NCBI GenBank assembly: GCA_030141605.1
Contig: JAQGDQ010000410.1
Coordinates: 142,965-206,964 of the forward strand
Direction: 5' to 3'
Source of the DNA: Tubiluchus corallicola
Taxonomy: Eukaryota > Animalia > Priapulida
Length of the DNA stretch: 64,000 nt
Made by a program: the position numbers and the translations under genes. Shown here piece by piece: positions 1-11,933 of this stretch (the stretch's first letter is position 1; each line of letters begins with the position of its first letter). The notes below the pieces were generated by a model. The model was not told where the DNA came from. It saw only the letters and a program-made list of their open reading frames with translations, and did no database searches.

Positions 1-3000
1 TTGCCCATAAAAGTGAACACAGTTAAGCCGAGATGAGTTATCCAAATCGAGTGCTAATATCATCAACACATTTTTGGTTTTAAAGTTTACGTCTGAATTT
101 ATCAGATATCAAATTGCCATTTCGAAGAATGTAAACACTTTACTTTATGTCCTAGCAAGGATTTTCACCAAACTGTTTTTTAGGATTTGAAAAACTAGGG
201 CAGGATTTCCTAGAGTTTTAATCTTGGTAGCAACTAAACCTAGGGGTGGAAATGACGATTTCCAAATTTGATTTTAACACTTGTTATATTGCAAGCAGAT
301 CTTACATAGAAATATTTTGGATTAATTTTTATCAAATTGCATCGTAGTCCAAAATCTATATCAGGTTAATGAACATTCCTGTATGGTTTAATATTGATAA
401 ACATCACTACCAGTTGCATCTGAAAGCACTGTACATTAATGACATTGATATTTAGGTGGAATGGCGTCCATATAGTCTGAGACGGTCAACTGTCAATAAC
501 ATTATTACTGTCGTGCTTTTGGTCTCTGCTGTTAGCGTCTATCTTTTAGGTAGAAAAAACAAGATTTTGACGAAAAATGGCACTTAGAAAAAGTTAAAGT
601 CCTTGGCAAGAAACTGGTGTATTTCAAGTCAGCTGCTATGTAGCACGTGAGTACTAAAAGCATCTCAAGTATGAAAATCAAAGGCTGACATAGATCACAA
701 TGCCATTGAAAACAACTTGAAGGTGACTCGTTTCAGCATTAGCCGAATCAAACATGGCAGCATTTAGTCAAAAATTTTCTTCTTAGTATTTCCAACCGTA
801 CGGAAGAGATCTGCTGATTGTGCAGCTTGTCGATGTGCTTTATGAAACTCATTAACGATACTGAAGCTACATACCAGTTAGACAATGCAACAATGAAAAC
901 AAGCTAAAGTGTTCTCAAAAATAGCTTTAAAAACTCTGACGTTTGATTTTGGGCACGCTTTTGTAGTCACGTTTTCAATGTATTAGCAGCACTTTTCTAA
1001 ATGCCCCGTGGCTTTTAACTAGCGTGGCGTTGTCAGTGTGGAAATTTCCATTAACTAATTAGGGCATAATAGTACCACGTCGTATAGAGTTACCCACTCA
1101 CGGCCAAAGAGAATCAGGAAGCGAGAGTACAATTACATTCTGAACTATAACAACAACGTGATGAAGAGAAGCTTTACATGCATTACAAAAACACTGACAT
1201 GCGGGAAAAAATCTGTTATGCCTTTCAAGGAAGCGAAACCCCCTAACAGTTAAACGTAATGCAAATTAAAATAGCTTTGTCTGGAAACGTTTATGAGAAC
1301 ACACTTTAAAATCCCTTTTCTTCCCCTACAAAATCATGTACAGTGTTGAGCGTTCGCCGGTTGGGCCCTGAGGTTACAGATACAAGAGTCGTGATTACAT
1401 ACAGACTGGGTCTGCACCAAAAAGGAGAAGTTTCTTTTAGATTTCGAAATGTTTCTCGGTAATATTAATAACGCAGGTTGTTCTATTTTACTGATTATTA
1501 AGTATGTCAACATTAATAGACATTTCTAGTAATTATGTCAATCTAAAACCGAGGAGGAAGCTTAAACTTGAGCGGCTTTAAAATACACGCCGGCATTCGC
1601 TTGTATCATCTCGAGGGCGTTAAATTTCGTAATAAGAATTGTACTTGCCATCGAAATACTCAGATACTTTCAGGCTCTCATATTTGGTCACATGGTTTAG
1701 CATATATGCACTTGACAGACTTATGGCATGAATTCTGAATTTTTCCCGATGGATTAGATGGAAGCTGTTCAAACGATGAGAGAAAAATGGAAAACGCGTG
1801 TATGACAGTTCTTATCGATCAACCTCAGCAAAAATAATCAGCATTTCTGTCCCCGTTGGAAGATGTGGGCGTCATGCTCGTCATTTGAAGCCAAGGAAAC
1901 TACCGCTTGCCTGAAAAACAACTGTGCTGCAAAATGCCAGATGGTAACTAACGCGGCGATTTTGTTGAAACTAGCACTTTGATTGAGATACCACTTTGGT
2001 GAAAATAAACACGTCAGTGTTATTTTAGAGTAAGAATGCGTTTCGAGGCATGCGCCTATGCTTAACAATTGCACAAAAACTAAGCAAGAGAAAAGCCCTA
2101 TTCAAACTGTAAGTGTAATTTTTATTGGTTCATATTACACTTTAATGCTAATTTGCGTTACTTTCAATTTTGTTTATCTTTACCCATGTAAATATGTGTG
2201 GGTACTTTTCATGACGAAATAAACATATTCTAGTCCTCTACGTTCATACTGAACACTTGTGCGGCGGAAAAAGAGGTTTACTGCTCGCACCAACGGCAAC
2301 GATGACAACGATGATTGTGGTGTCAATGATAGTAGTGGCGGTGACTGGGAAGGTATTAGCAATGATGATTATGCGTGGTGATAAGATGACGAAGTGGATC
2401 ACAATCATGCGACGATATTGGAAAAATGGCCCAAATTTGTCGAATTTCCAGCGTTAACAAAATTGTTTCATTTTCTAAGCCCACCACATCACTCATCCAT
2501 TCGTGTGGACCATTAACAGCAACTACTGACAAAGGGTTTAAGCGTAGTTATATGATTATTACTCCCTTCTGTACTTAGCTGTAAGCTGCCCTGACTCACT
2601 GTAAGCCAGGCACTTAGTGCGCACTGTAAATATGAGATGATAAGATTTATGCGGGTAATGTGAAACAGTAACTGAAAAATTTGATAAGCAGATTGATCAG
2701 TCGATGAGTCGGTCGGTTGGTTCGTCTGCCTCTTTGTCTTTTAGTAGCTTATACAGTAGTGGGTCAGTCAGTCAGCCAAACAGTTAGTCAGTGATTCTAT
2801 TGCCCTGTCAGTTAGTCCGTCAGTTTGCAAGTCAGTCAGTTAGTTAATCAGCAAAACTCACGTAAAAGTTATAGGCCTAAATTTCGGAGTACCTTCTGAG
2901 AGACAACATTTATGCTGACCTCGGCGATAGCTGCATTTTACTAGATTTTATGGGCAACCGCATTTTCTGCACAAAACCTACAGCATTCGGAGATTAAGTT

Positions 3001-3236
3001 TAAACCTTCAGTAACTGCTCCAAGTGGACTTTTGTACATCCACCCACTTCTCTTTCCAGTTGCATGCCTCCAGCTTGTCTGACGTCAAGCAAGAGAGAAT
3101 TAATACCGCTGGCTTCTAATTACAAGTGGACGTCAATAATCTATTGCTTTTGTAAAGGGCAAACTTCATCTCTAATGAATAGCTCAATAAAGGCAGCGCC
3201 ACGTAACAAGTTCTTTTAGCCGCCTCTGTAATTCCA

Positions 3237-3328
3237 CCTCCCCCTCTCTCTCCCTCTGTTTCCCTTCCTCTCTCTTCTCTCTCTCTCTCTCTCTCTCTCC
3301 CCTTCTCTTCCTCTCTCTGTCTCTCTTC
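3237..3328. repeat. (CT)n / pyrimidine-rich microsatellite
   Basis: Imperfect CT dinucleotide run seen directly. Confidence 0.85.
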
Positions 3329-3416
3329 ATTGCTGTCTTAATCTATTCTTCTTACCTTATGTCTCATTCTTTCTCCTATTCCTTTTACTTATCAGTGCTT
3401 AGCTTCTCATCTGTAG

Positions 3417-3480
3417 TGATGATTATGATGATGAAGAAGAAGAAGAAAAAGATGATGATGACGATGATGATGATGATGAT
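3417..3480. repeat. compound (GAT)n/(GAA)n trinucleotide microsatellite
   Basis: gatgattatgatgatgaagaagaagaagaa...gatgatgatgacgatgatgatgat seen directly. Confidence 0.8.
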
Positions 3481-4246
3481 GCTGACAGACATATATGACT
3501 CCAAATACAATCTTATTCTTTCGAGGCTTTCTTGAGAGGAGGAACTACTTTTTAGTCGACTCCGTGGTTAGGTATGCCAGTTCAAAGTACTTGTTTACTT
3601 TCTTGTTGAACACTAATACTGGAATGTTGCTATTTAAGCAACCAAGCATTTCATTAATGAGCGAACGTAGTCAACCAAGACCTCTAAAACTTCACCAAGT
3701 GCTGCGCGGTTAGGTCGTTTTTTGTACACAGTGTTCCAGAAAAGAGCAAAAACGCCATTTTGGAGGTTTTCACCTTCCGTTTTCAGAGACACATGTAGAA
3801 AAAATTTCCTAGCGGTATTCGGTCCTTCATAAGTCCTAATCAGTTAGTATGTGACTCTGGACAAACAACTTGCCAGGAATCGATAGACTTGAACTGATAC
3901 TGAATAGACGGTATGCGTTGACTAATTAATATTTATCACTGCAAGAACTATTCGATCCGGGTTCTGGATGCATTGCAGACATACTATTGCGGACAAACTA
4001 CTATTGATACATGCTGTAAGGAACTGACATATTCACCTCGATTATTCTGTTACTGTTCCAAAGACTGTCCCCTGTTTTTTATGATTGGTCTAAACTTATT
4101 CGCATAAGTTGTGTTGCGTCGTTAAAAAAACACGGTCAGCATCTTTCAAACCATAATACTTTATTATTAGGCATCCTGGAAGCTGGAATTCAGCACTCAG
4201 TGGCAGAGCTCATTAAATGGCCTTCTATCACAGTTAGTCCTCTGTC

Positions 4247-4281
4247 GGTCAGTCAGTCAGTCAGTCAGTCAGTCAGTCAGT
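4247..4281. repeat. (GTCA)n tetranucleotide microsatellite
   Basis: About 8 tandem GTCA units; degenerate GTCA units also occur at about 2760-2850. Confidence 0.85.
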
Positions 4282-5025
4282 AAGCAAATACGTAGTGGTG
4301 GTGGGCCTGGACTCTGTTTACTGAAAAAGCTAATCCTCAGAGATGAGATGCTAAATTGACAGAGGTATCGCAGCCACGTTCAGATATGAAGAATATCTTC
4401 CTCGATTAAGTAAACAGCCAGAACAGCATGGCGAATGAAACCGTCTAGATGAGTATTGACTATTGAACCCACTGGTCAGTAATACATTCACTAACCAGTC
4501 ATTGTGTTGCTTAGCTTCAATCCTTACCATGACCACTCGGCTGTAACCTTCCAAGCAAGCAAAAAACGTCGTATTTGTTTGTCCTTTGTGTGATGATCAT
4601 ACAAATTCAATTATTAGCGGCGTGACTAATGAATCAATAGCTACAGAAACTACAGAGACTACTACAGTTATAGAAGATACAGACAAATGGGCACACTTCT
4701 TAGCAAACCATTACAACCACAACCTCCCCGTCAGCGTTTTAATCCTACCTGCTTTGAATATTTAGTGAACCATCTCGTTTGAAATTACATATTGCGTTCA
4801 TCATTCAATTACTGTTCCCATCTTCATTCTGCAAATTTATGAGATCTAAAATAGAGAAAATCGTGTAAAATACGATACGTCTTAATTACGTTTCGGCTTA
4901 TCGTTTTTCCGAAACAATCTTTATAGCGTCATTAGGTATAATCTCACACTGTCGAATTGCGCGTAGTTCTTTCTCGCAGCGACGATTTTCTGATTTTTAC
5001 CAGGCTGAGAATATTAATCGATCTG

Positions 5026-5068
5026 TGACGTCAGCCAGTGCGAGTCTGACGTCAGCGAGCAGGTACTT
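5026..5068 (+). promoter_or_regulatory. two perfect CRE palindromes (TGACGTCA) followed by a candidate splice donor; possible Tob promoter or non-coding first exon
   Basis: TGACGTCA at 5026-5033 and 5047-5054 (21-bp period), then GCAG|GTACTT at 5062/5063. Tob has an acceptor at 8222/8223 that needs an upstream donor. The linkage is inferred. Confidence 0.35.
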
Positions 5069-5873
5069 ATTTCCTTGCCAGTGTGTAATTTTAGAATTTT
5101 CTCCTAGCTTTACAAGACAGAAGAGAGAATCGGTTTCCTTATTAAGCAAGCTTTTCTGTTTTCTCTTCCGTTGTAAAAATATAAAACTGGAACTGAATAA
5201 GATTTAAACAAATCTGCTAGTCTGCGCAGTTTGGTAAACGAATGCATGCGTTGATTTTAAAATTCGTTGATCGAAAGATTCTAAATTATTGTCAGAGTTT
5301 TTGCATGGTTGTATACGTGCTTGTGTAACAATTTTCACGGTTTCATACTAATGTTCTCATCTGCTGCTGTACGTTTAGCAAACCATCACGACAGGATAAG
5401 ATTCAAAATGTTGCGCCGTTTGGGACTATGTAGGCCCTTTTTAATTTTTTAATCCGAAATTGTATTGTCAGAGTTTTTGGAATGTTACATACTTGCCGGA
5501 GTAACAATGTTGACCACAACAAATTTGTCTCTTTAAATAATTATAACCCTCAGATCTCCACTATAATGACGAAAGCAAGCAAATACTACACCATCACCTA
5601 CATTCAATTTCAGTTAAGAAAACAGTCTTAATGCTTCTGCCACCTTGAGCTACCGAAAGTCTTGTAGACCCGCATTCCCAGACGTTCGTTAACAATTATT
5701 TAACCAGCCAAAACAAGTTCAATTAATATTTCATTTCACCGTGGGATGGTTGTTGTAATCTTGCAGACGAAGTTTTGGTATTCTGTTAATAATACATGAA
5801 CGAAATTCATGCATAATTGACTTAATGGTTCTCTTCTTGCAAGATATAACACTTAGTGCTTTGAGCATTGCTA

Positions 5874-5888
5874 CCTCTCTCTCTCTCT

Positions 5889-5965
<77 letters not shown>

Positions 5966-5998
5966 TCCTCTCTCTCTCCGTCCCTCTCTCTCCTTCTC
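5874..5998. repeat. (CT)n microsatellite
   Basis: Long, nearly pure CT run. Confidence 0.95.
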
Positions 5999-6002
5999 TG
6001 GA

Positions 6003-6466
6003 GTATATGAATTTACGCTACACCAGACAAGAATCTATCAAATTTCAAAGCTCGCAATGGAGGCGTAGAATTCAACATAGGAACCAACTAGATGGCATAG
6101 CCACTAACATTACAACCCCAGAACTAAAGTCACTAAGCTTACCATTAAACAGTAAGCAGAGGTGCGTTGAAACCAAAGCACTAAGCTTGTTATTGAAAAG
6201 AGGAACACGGTCTTTTTTACACAGTATTGGAGAAGCAGCCACAAATGAATGCGCATGTCATAGTAGGGAAGCACAAACTTCTGACCATCTACTCTTTAAT
6301 TGTAAATTGTAGTTTAGTTGACCAAGAAGCCAGAAAAATTTTTATCGATGTTCTGCCCAACCGGGTATTAAGAAAGATTTACTTTAAAAGAAACGCATTA
6401 GTTTGTGATAAATTTATACAAGTGGTAAAAGATATCATTTACAAAAATCTCTCCCCCCTCTCTCTC

Positions 6467-6498
<32 letters not shown>

Positions 6499-6510
6499 CC
6501 TCTCTCTTTC
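6003..6510 (+). mobile_element. 3' fragment of a non-LTR retrotransposon ORF2 (C-terminal CCHC zinc knuckle) with a (CT)n tail
   Basis: ORF 6007-6312 ends SFLHSIGEAATNECACHSREAQTSDHLLFNCKL, matching the C-x-C...QT-x-x-H-L-L-F-x-C knuckle at the end of LINE ORF2 proteins. It is flanked on both sides by (CT)n (5874-5998 and 6449-6510). Confidence 0.65.
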
Positions 6511-8253
6511 TTTCAAACCACTTTTAAACTAGGACAAGTAATCGACTTTTATTCTAAATCATATTAAAGTTTGTATCCACCAAAGAAGCCAAATCATAAA
6601 AGCTGTTCACCATTCGCTGGCAAATATTTTGCTGATTTATTTCTGGAAATATGTAAGCAAGAATTAGGTGTGTAACTAAATTAGATGCACTGTTGCGTCA
6701 ACACGTGACCTCAAGGGAAATAACGGCACTACATTTATTTGAGAGTATTTCACTGTTAGATAACAAGGCGTTATCACGAACACCAGCACTACCGGCTTTA
6801 ATTTTCCGCTTTCCAGAAAAGACTTTCAAAATCTCAATGCACAGCTTTGTCATCTGATTCGAAACCGCTTACTTAATTTTCGGTATCAAGTTTTTGGGTA
6901 GCTCAGTATTGATTTATAAACTTTCGTTAGGACGGAGGACGACAAATCCAACACCAACACATTACTGAAATCGCAGGAGATTTAGGGGATATATGTATTT
7001 GGAAGCGCATTTAGCACGTGCGATAAAAACTACGACATTTAATATGTCGACATTTGAAAGGTTAGACGGCAGTTTATCAATGTCCCATCAATACAGATTA
7101 AGCGTGCTCTATTGTTGGTGCGCAAGCAAGACGCCATCCCAAGAAGCCTAGTGCTATTAAATTGATTTTAACCTTTTGTGCACACAGCGCTCGCTTTACT
7201 GTATCTGAAAGTATGCTCATGCAGAATGTCATAACTAAAAACAAGTTTTTAATAGACAGTAAATTTTTGCATGACCTTGCGCACTTTTCAACTTTTGAAG
7301 TCTTGCTGAATTTCTGAAGCCCGCTGCGTTCGTGGTCTGGTTCTGTTTAGCTTCTATTTACAGTACTGACATAGTACTGACGTGTTTGTGAGACCAAGAG
7401 AATGCTTTAAGAAAGCAATCTGGAAACAGATCCATCTTTAGTATGCAGAAACTCAAAAAACTTGCTTAAGACCTGAAGAATTATAAGAAAATCATCATTT
7501 ATTAGTGGATATTGCATATACTCTCCTCTTTCAACTAGATGATGAGAGTTCAGATGATAAGAGATGATGGTGTACTTCCCCTGTAATATTAATCAGGTGT
7601 ACACATTTCTCAGTAATATGTGTTCTTGTCTTGTAAAACAACATAATTTAGTCGTTTTCATTTAATCAATCACTGATGAGTAATAATCAGCATAAAGCAG
7701 CGGTTTTATCTTGTCCGACACACCAGTATGGGTTATGAAAACCTGCAAAGTGTAGCATGCTCCTGTTAATAAATTCATAACAATAACCATTATAAGTAAG
7801 TTTAATTACAAAGTTCTCTGATGTGTGCATAAAATGTGCTCCATTGGTGTAATCTATAACAAATCAGATTAAGTGCTTTATAAAACTAAAATAATTTGAA
7901 ACAGGGTATCGCACGTAAACATATTGCCAACTACACGTCAAAGTTGAAACTGTGGCGTTTGTGGTAATTGATTGTACTTGCTGTTTTCAACAGATGAGAT
8001 AAGATCCATTAATTAAATAGCAAGGTTATGAACATAAGTGAATGTGAACTTTTAAAAAGTTACAAATCAAATTCTCATTTATTTTATTGCAAAAATTATT
8101 CCTAGCACATGTAATTGGCATCTTCCGTACTTCTGAAGCATTCTAAACACCAACAGTCTGTGCTTGCCAAAATATTTAATTATTGTCGGCAAAAGTGATT
8201 TTACAAAAGTATTTCTTTACAGATCAGTAAACTGACAGCTAGCTAACAAAGCC

Positions 8254-9336
8254 ATGAACGTGGAGATTCAAGTTGCCCTCAACTTTATCATCTCCTACCT
8301 CTTTAACAAGTTGCCAAGACGACGCATAAATATTTTTGCTGAAGAGCTAGAAAGAGGACTAAAGCGAAAATTCCAAGGGCACTGGTATCCCCAGTGCCCA
8401 GCTAAGGGTAGCGGGTACAGATGTGTCCGTATTGGGAAGGAACTTGATCCAGTTATGCGACAGGCAGCTTATGAAAGCGGACTTTCGGAAAACGAAATCA
8501 AGGAAAATTTGCCCAAAGAACTGGCAGTATGGATCGATCCTGGTGAGGTGTCTTATCTTATTGGTGACAAAGGTCCAGCCAAAATCATGTACTCTGAAAA
8601 CAATTGCACGGATAATAGACGAGGACCTGGTGACTGTGATAAGGATGTCAGCCTGCCAATGTGCAAGGTAAAGGCATTCAACCCAGAGGCTCAGACTTTC
8701 AAACCAATCAGTGATACTGGTGCCATGTGTAATGGCTCCACTTCTCCACAGCACGTCTACAATCCAGGAGTGGCAGCCAGTGTTGCCACACCTACCACTA
8801 ACAATGTTTTCATTCCACGAGCAGGTCACGGTAGTACTCCACAATTCACTGCTGCCAGCTTTGCACAGACGAAATTCGGGTCTACCAAGATGAAGAACGC
8901 CACACCCCGTAAGAACCTGCAGCGATCATCGCCAACCGACTTCAACCAAGTGAAACAGCGCAACATGATTCAGGCATTCTACAACAACCAAGGATACACA
9001 CTGCAGAGCCCGCGATCTATTTCTCCAAGTTTCCATCCAGACATCAGTCCGTTTTCAATTCCGCAGTCTCTAACGCCACCAAGAGCAAACACAGTTAGTA
9101 TGACATCTCCAATAGGCCTGGATACCCAGTTTGGCGAGCTGTACACCAATCATGCACAACAGCAGCTAATCAATGCCAACTTGAACCAGATGAAACCAGA
9201 TCTCTTTTATGGTTCTATCATCAACAACAACATGCCACAAGATAACAGAAAGGCTTTAATTGATGGTATCACAGGGCATCCTTCTCCTCCTTCATGTACA
9301 GGCAACCAAAATCGTCTTTTGGTCCACGCCAACTAA
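8254..9336 (+). CDS. TOB: Tob/BTG-family antiproliferative protein (Tob1/Tob2-like), 360 aa, single coding exon
   Basis: N-terminal BTG/APRO domain (MNVEIQVALNFIISYLFNKLPRRR...HWYPQCPAKGSGYRC...LPKELAVWIDPGEVSY), a PAM2-like motif (KAFNPEAQTFKP) and the Tob signature FTAASFAQTKFGSTKMK. Good Kozak context (gccATG); 5'UTR acceptor tttctttacag| at 8222. Confidence 0.96.
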   Translation: MNVEIQVALNFIISYLFNKLPRRRINIFAEELERGLKRKFQGHWYPQCPAKGSGYRCVRIGKELDPVMRQAAYESGLSENEIKENLPKELAVWIDPGEVSYLIGDKGPAKIMYSENNCTDNRRGPGDCDKDVSLPMCKVKAFNPEAQTFKPISDTGAMCNGSTSPQHVYNPGVAASVATPTTNNVFIPRAGHGSTPQFTAASFAQTKFGSTKMKNATPRKNLQRSSPTDFNQVKQRNMIQAFYNNQGYTLQSPRSISPSFHPDISPFSIPQSLTPPRANTVSMTSPIGLDTQFGELYTNHAQQQLINANLNQMKPDLFYGSIINNNMPQDNRKALIDGITGHPSPPSCTGNQNRLLVHAN

Positions 9337-10070
9337 TGCGAAATGCCTGAATCCTATAATATTCAAGTCGTTCTAGTGAATCACTTCTTTGTATCATTGT
9401 TGTTAACATCAATATTAAAAAAGTGGCAGGTTGCTGCAGGATGTATGATTATTTTATGTAGTGACATATTTATTATTGCAATGTCATTCGTAACCAAATT
9501 AATACACTATCTGAACTCACACTGGTGTAAATGGCATTGAGACACCAAATGCCTTGTTACACAATTTACTTATTCAGTGTTCACATCTCATCATGATGTT
9601 GTTGATGGTAACAATCTAAACCTACACCCTGGAATCTATGATATTTATTGTCCATTATTATTTCTAAGCATTATTATATAAGATACTTATTATTACATCT
9701 ATTAAAATTCATATAGTTAGTAGAAGGAGGTGAGAAGTATCATAGATCGTGTACTCTTGTGGTACAGTATATTATATAGGTTTCGTAATTTTGTAATTTT
9801 TGCACTAGACTTTATTTTTGTATGGCAAATGCTTTAGTTTTTATTACTATTAACAAGTTGCAAATTTACAATAATTATTATTGTATTGGACTATGTCCTA
9901 ATGTACACCTTTTCGGAAGTGTTATAATAATGTGTGACGTCACCTGGCTTTCATGGTTTCTGTGGAACCCCAGAAACGAGCAGTATAATATTGCTAGTGT
10001 TAATAGATAAAGAAGTTAAACAAGCAGCAAAACTGTGTTAAACTAATGAATATGATAAAACAACACTTAC

Positions 10071-10296
10071 AATTAAATTTTGCTACCAAACTTAAAAGAC
10101 AGTAAGCGTGAAAAAGTTAGAATATAGCCTCGATTTGAACGAAAAACCTTCTGCTTACAAAACCTAAGTGCAAAATTTTTAGACAATTAGGCGCAGCAAA
10201 AGGCCTTGTTAGCAGAAGGCCCCTGGATTCAAATCCAGACTGCGTTCCAACTTTTTTATACTTCCTGTCTTTCACGTTTGGCATCAAAATTTAATT
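10071..10296. mobile_element. degenerate foldback/MITE-like inverted repeat with tRNA 3'-half-like sequence in the arms
   Basis: aattaaattttgctaccaaacttaaaagacag...ccttctgcttacaa (10071-10165) is an imperfect reverse complement of ttgttagcagaagg...ctgtctttcacgtttggcatcaaaatttaatt (10201-10296). The arms carry GCAGAAGG...G(A/T)TTCAAATC, which resembles a B-box/T-arm. Confidence 0.55.
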
Positions 10297-10950
10297 AAAT
10301 GGGATTTGTGCCATCATTACTAATAATTTTGACATCAAGATGTTTTTGGTGAACAATTGTACTGATCATGGTCACAAGAATTAGCTACGATCTAACTGGT
10401 GAGTTTTCCATAATTGGAATAATGACTTTGCAAGAAGTTTTACCTTTAGATTTCAAATGACAGTACTTTCTTCGATTCGATAGAGGCTGATCCCTCTCAC
10501 AGACATCATCAAGATAATGTCAGAGGCAGTTCTATAACACTCCGTATTCTGATCGAATACAACTTGGTAAATGTCACGAGGCACGTGTGTTGATCGTGCA
10601 AACCTTTGCAAATAATACAAGCATGCAATTGGAAATGTCAGTTGAAACAGGAGAGCGCACATTTCTGTATTATAATGCAACATTATGTGCACAGCTTTTA
10701 CGAACTGTATATTGCAATTCATTAGGTCACACTGTATGATTACCAAATATGGCAAAATTGCTACCTATTAGATGAAATACGTCTTATGTAAGATGGTGTA
10801 GAAAGCATTTACGACTGCTAGCACTCTTGATAATTTACTGTTATTATGGTTCTGCAATTGTCGGGGTGAATTTAATATAGTCGGTGCCAGTATATCCGAA
10901 TGAAGCCGCCCAGAAACTTTTTTGTATGCCCAGTCTACTTACTGGGATCA

Positions 10951-10951
10951 C

Positions 10952-10996
<45 letters not shown>
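10951..10996. repeat. (TTA)n microsatellite
   Basis: About 15 TTA units. Confidence 0.95.
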
Positions 10997-10998
<2 letters not shown>

Positions 10999-11310
10999 TT
11001 TTGTTGCTAAGCGCACATCACGGCTACTGAGCATTCGTGTACTTATTGAATATACGCAATTAGACGTACTAACTCAACGCATCATGATGCCAGACAATGA
11101 TGCAGACTCGTTAAATGATTTTCGCGATAACTCACAGCTTCACAGGTGACAACAGGATATAATTAGAGCAGCCACGCAGCAGGCTATTATAGTTCCCTTG
11201 GGTGTAGTTTGTGGCTTTCAGGGGCAGTTATGCATATAAAAATTCAAAATGAATGCGTCGTTCAACAACTTTTTTATCACAATTTCAACTTTGGCATGTT
11301 ACTTGAAGAT

Positions 11311-11617
11311 ATCTATTTATTTGAATCACGATATGTTTCATAGATCTGTATCTGCTTTCTTAAGTGGATTAAATGTAATGAATACAGTAATAAATATATA
11401 AATGCAAGCGCTAGTCTTTGCAGCTAAATTACAGGAAAATTTTGTGGAGTATGCTAACAAATCCACGTTTCAGCTACTGTACAAAACTTTTATTTTAGCT
11501 GTAAAATTAGCATAGACATTTGTATACTTACTATTGTATATCATTAAATCTATTTTTAGTTAACTTCAAAAAGTTGATGAGGCCCTACGAAACATGTCAC
11601 GGTTCAAATAAATAAAT
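11311..11617. mobile_element. degenerate foldback element of about 300 bp with a Penelope-type minimal hammerhead-like motif in its arms
   Basis: The left arm (11311-11455) is an imperfect reverse complement of the right arm (11472-11617), and the outer 55 bp align without gaps. The right arm reads TTGATGA-G-GCCCTA-C-GAAAC-ATGTC (11574-11598). Confidence 0.55.
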
Positions 11618-11868
11618 TTTAGCTTTCATTTTTTAATCTAGTACAATGATTAGTTCTGGCTTTGCCCAATAAGTGATTGACGCATTTTTATCCAAATTAC
11701 AGAGAAACTTCTGAAGTTTGTGATAGTATTACACTTATTACTCGGTGCTTCGAAAATGCTTTTAAGTTTTTGGCAGCCCAAGTAAAATTCCTACAAAAAT
11801 TAATTTGTGGTTACAGATCTGTGTTTCCCCACAAATGGACGGTTACTTCCAACAAAGCTGCCTCTAGC

Positions 11869-11933
11869 TAGTTCTATTTCCTATACTGAAACGGATACCT
11901 TTCTGACCAGTTCCATTTCCTATACTGAAACGA
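11869..11933. repeat. short direct duplication (39-bp period)
   Basis: agttc(t/c)atttcctatactgaaacg occurs twice. Confidence 0.75.

Noticed and set aside
3495-3713. ORF with LVDSVVRYASSKYL, faintly like the hAT transposase D..TRWNS motif
   Set aside because: The key Trp is absent and there are no other transposase motifs.
5825-6068. Poly-SL ORFs
   Set aside because: Translation of (CT)n.
8359-8844. 161-aa ORF antisense to Tob
   Set aside because: Shadow ORF with no recognisable motif.
10201-10245. tRNA gene
   Set aside because: Only a T-arm/B-box-like part is present, with no D-arm or acceptor stem; treated as part of a repeat.
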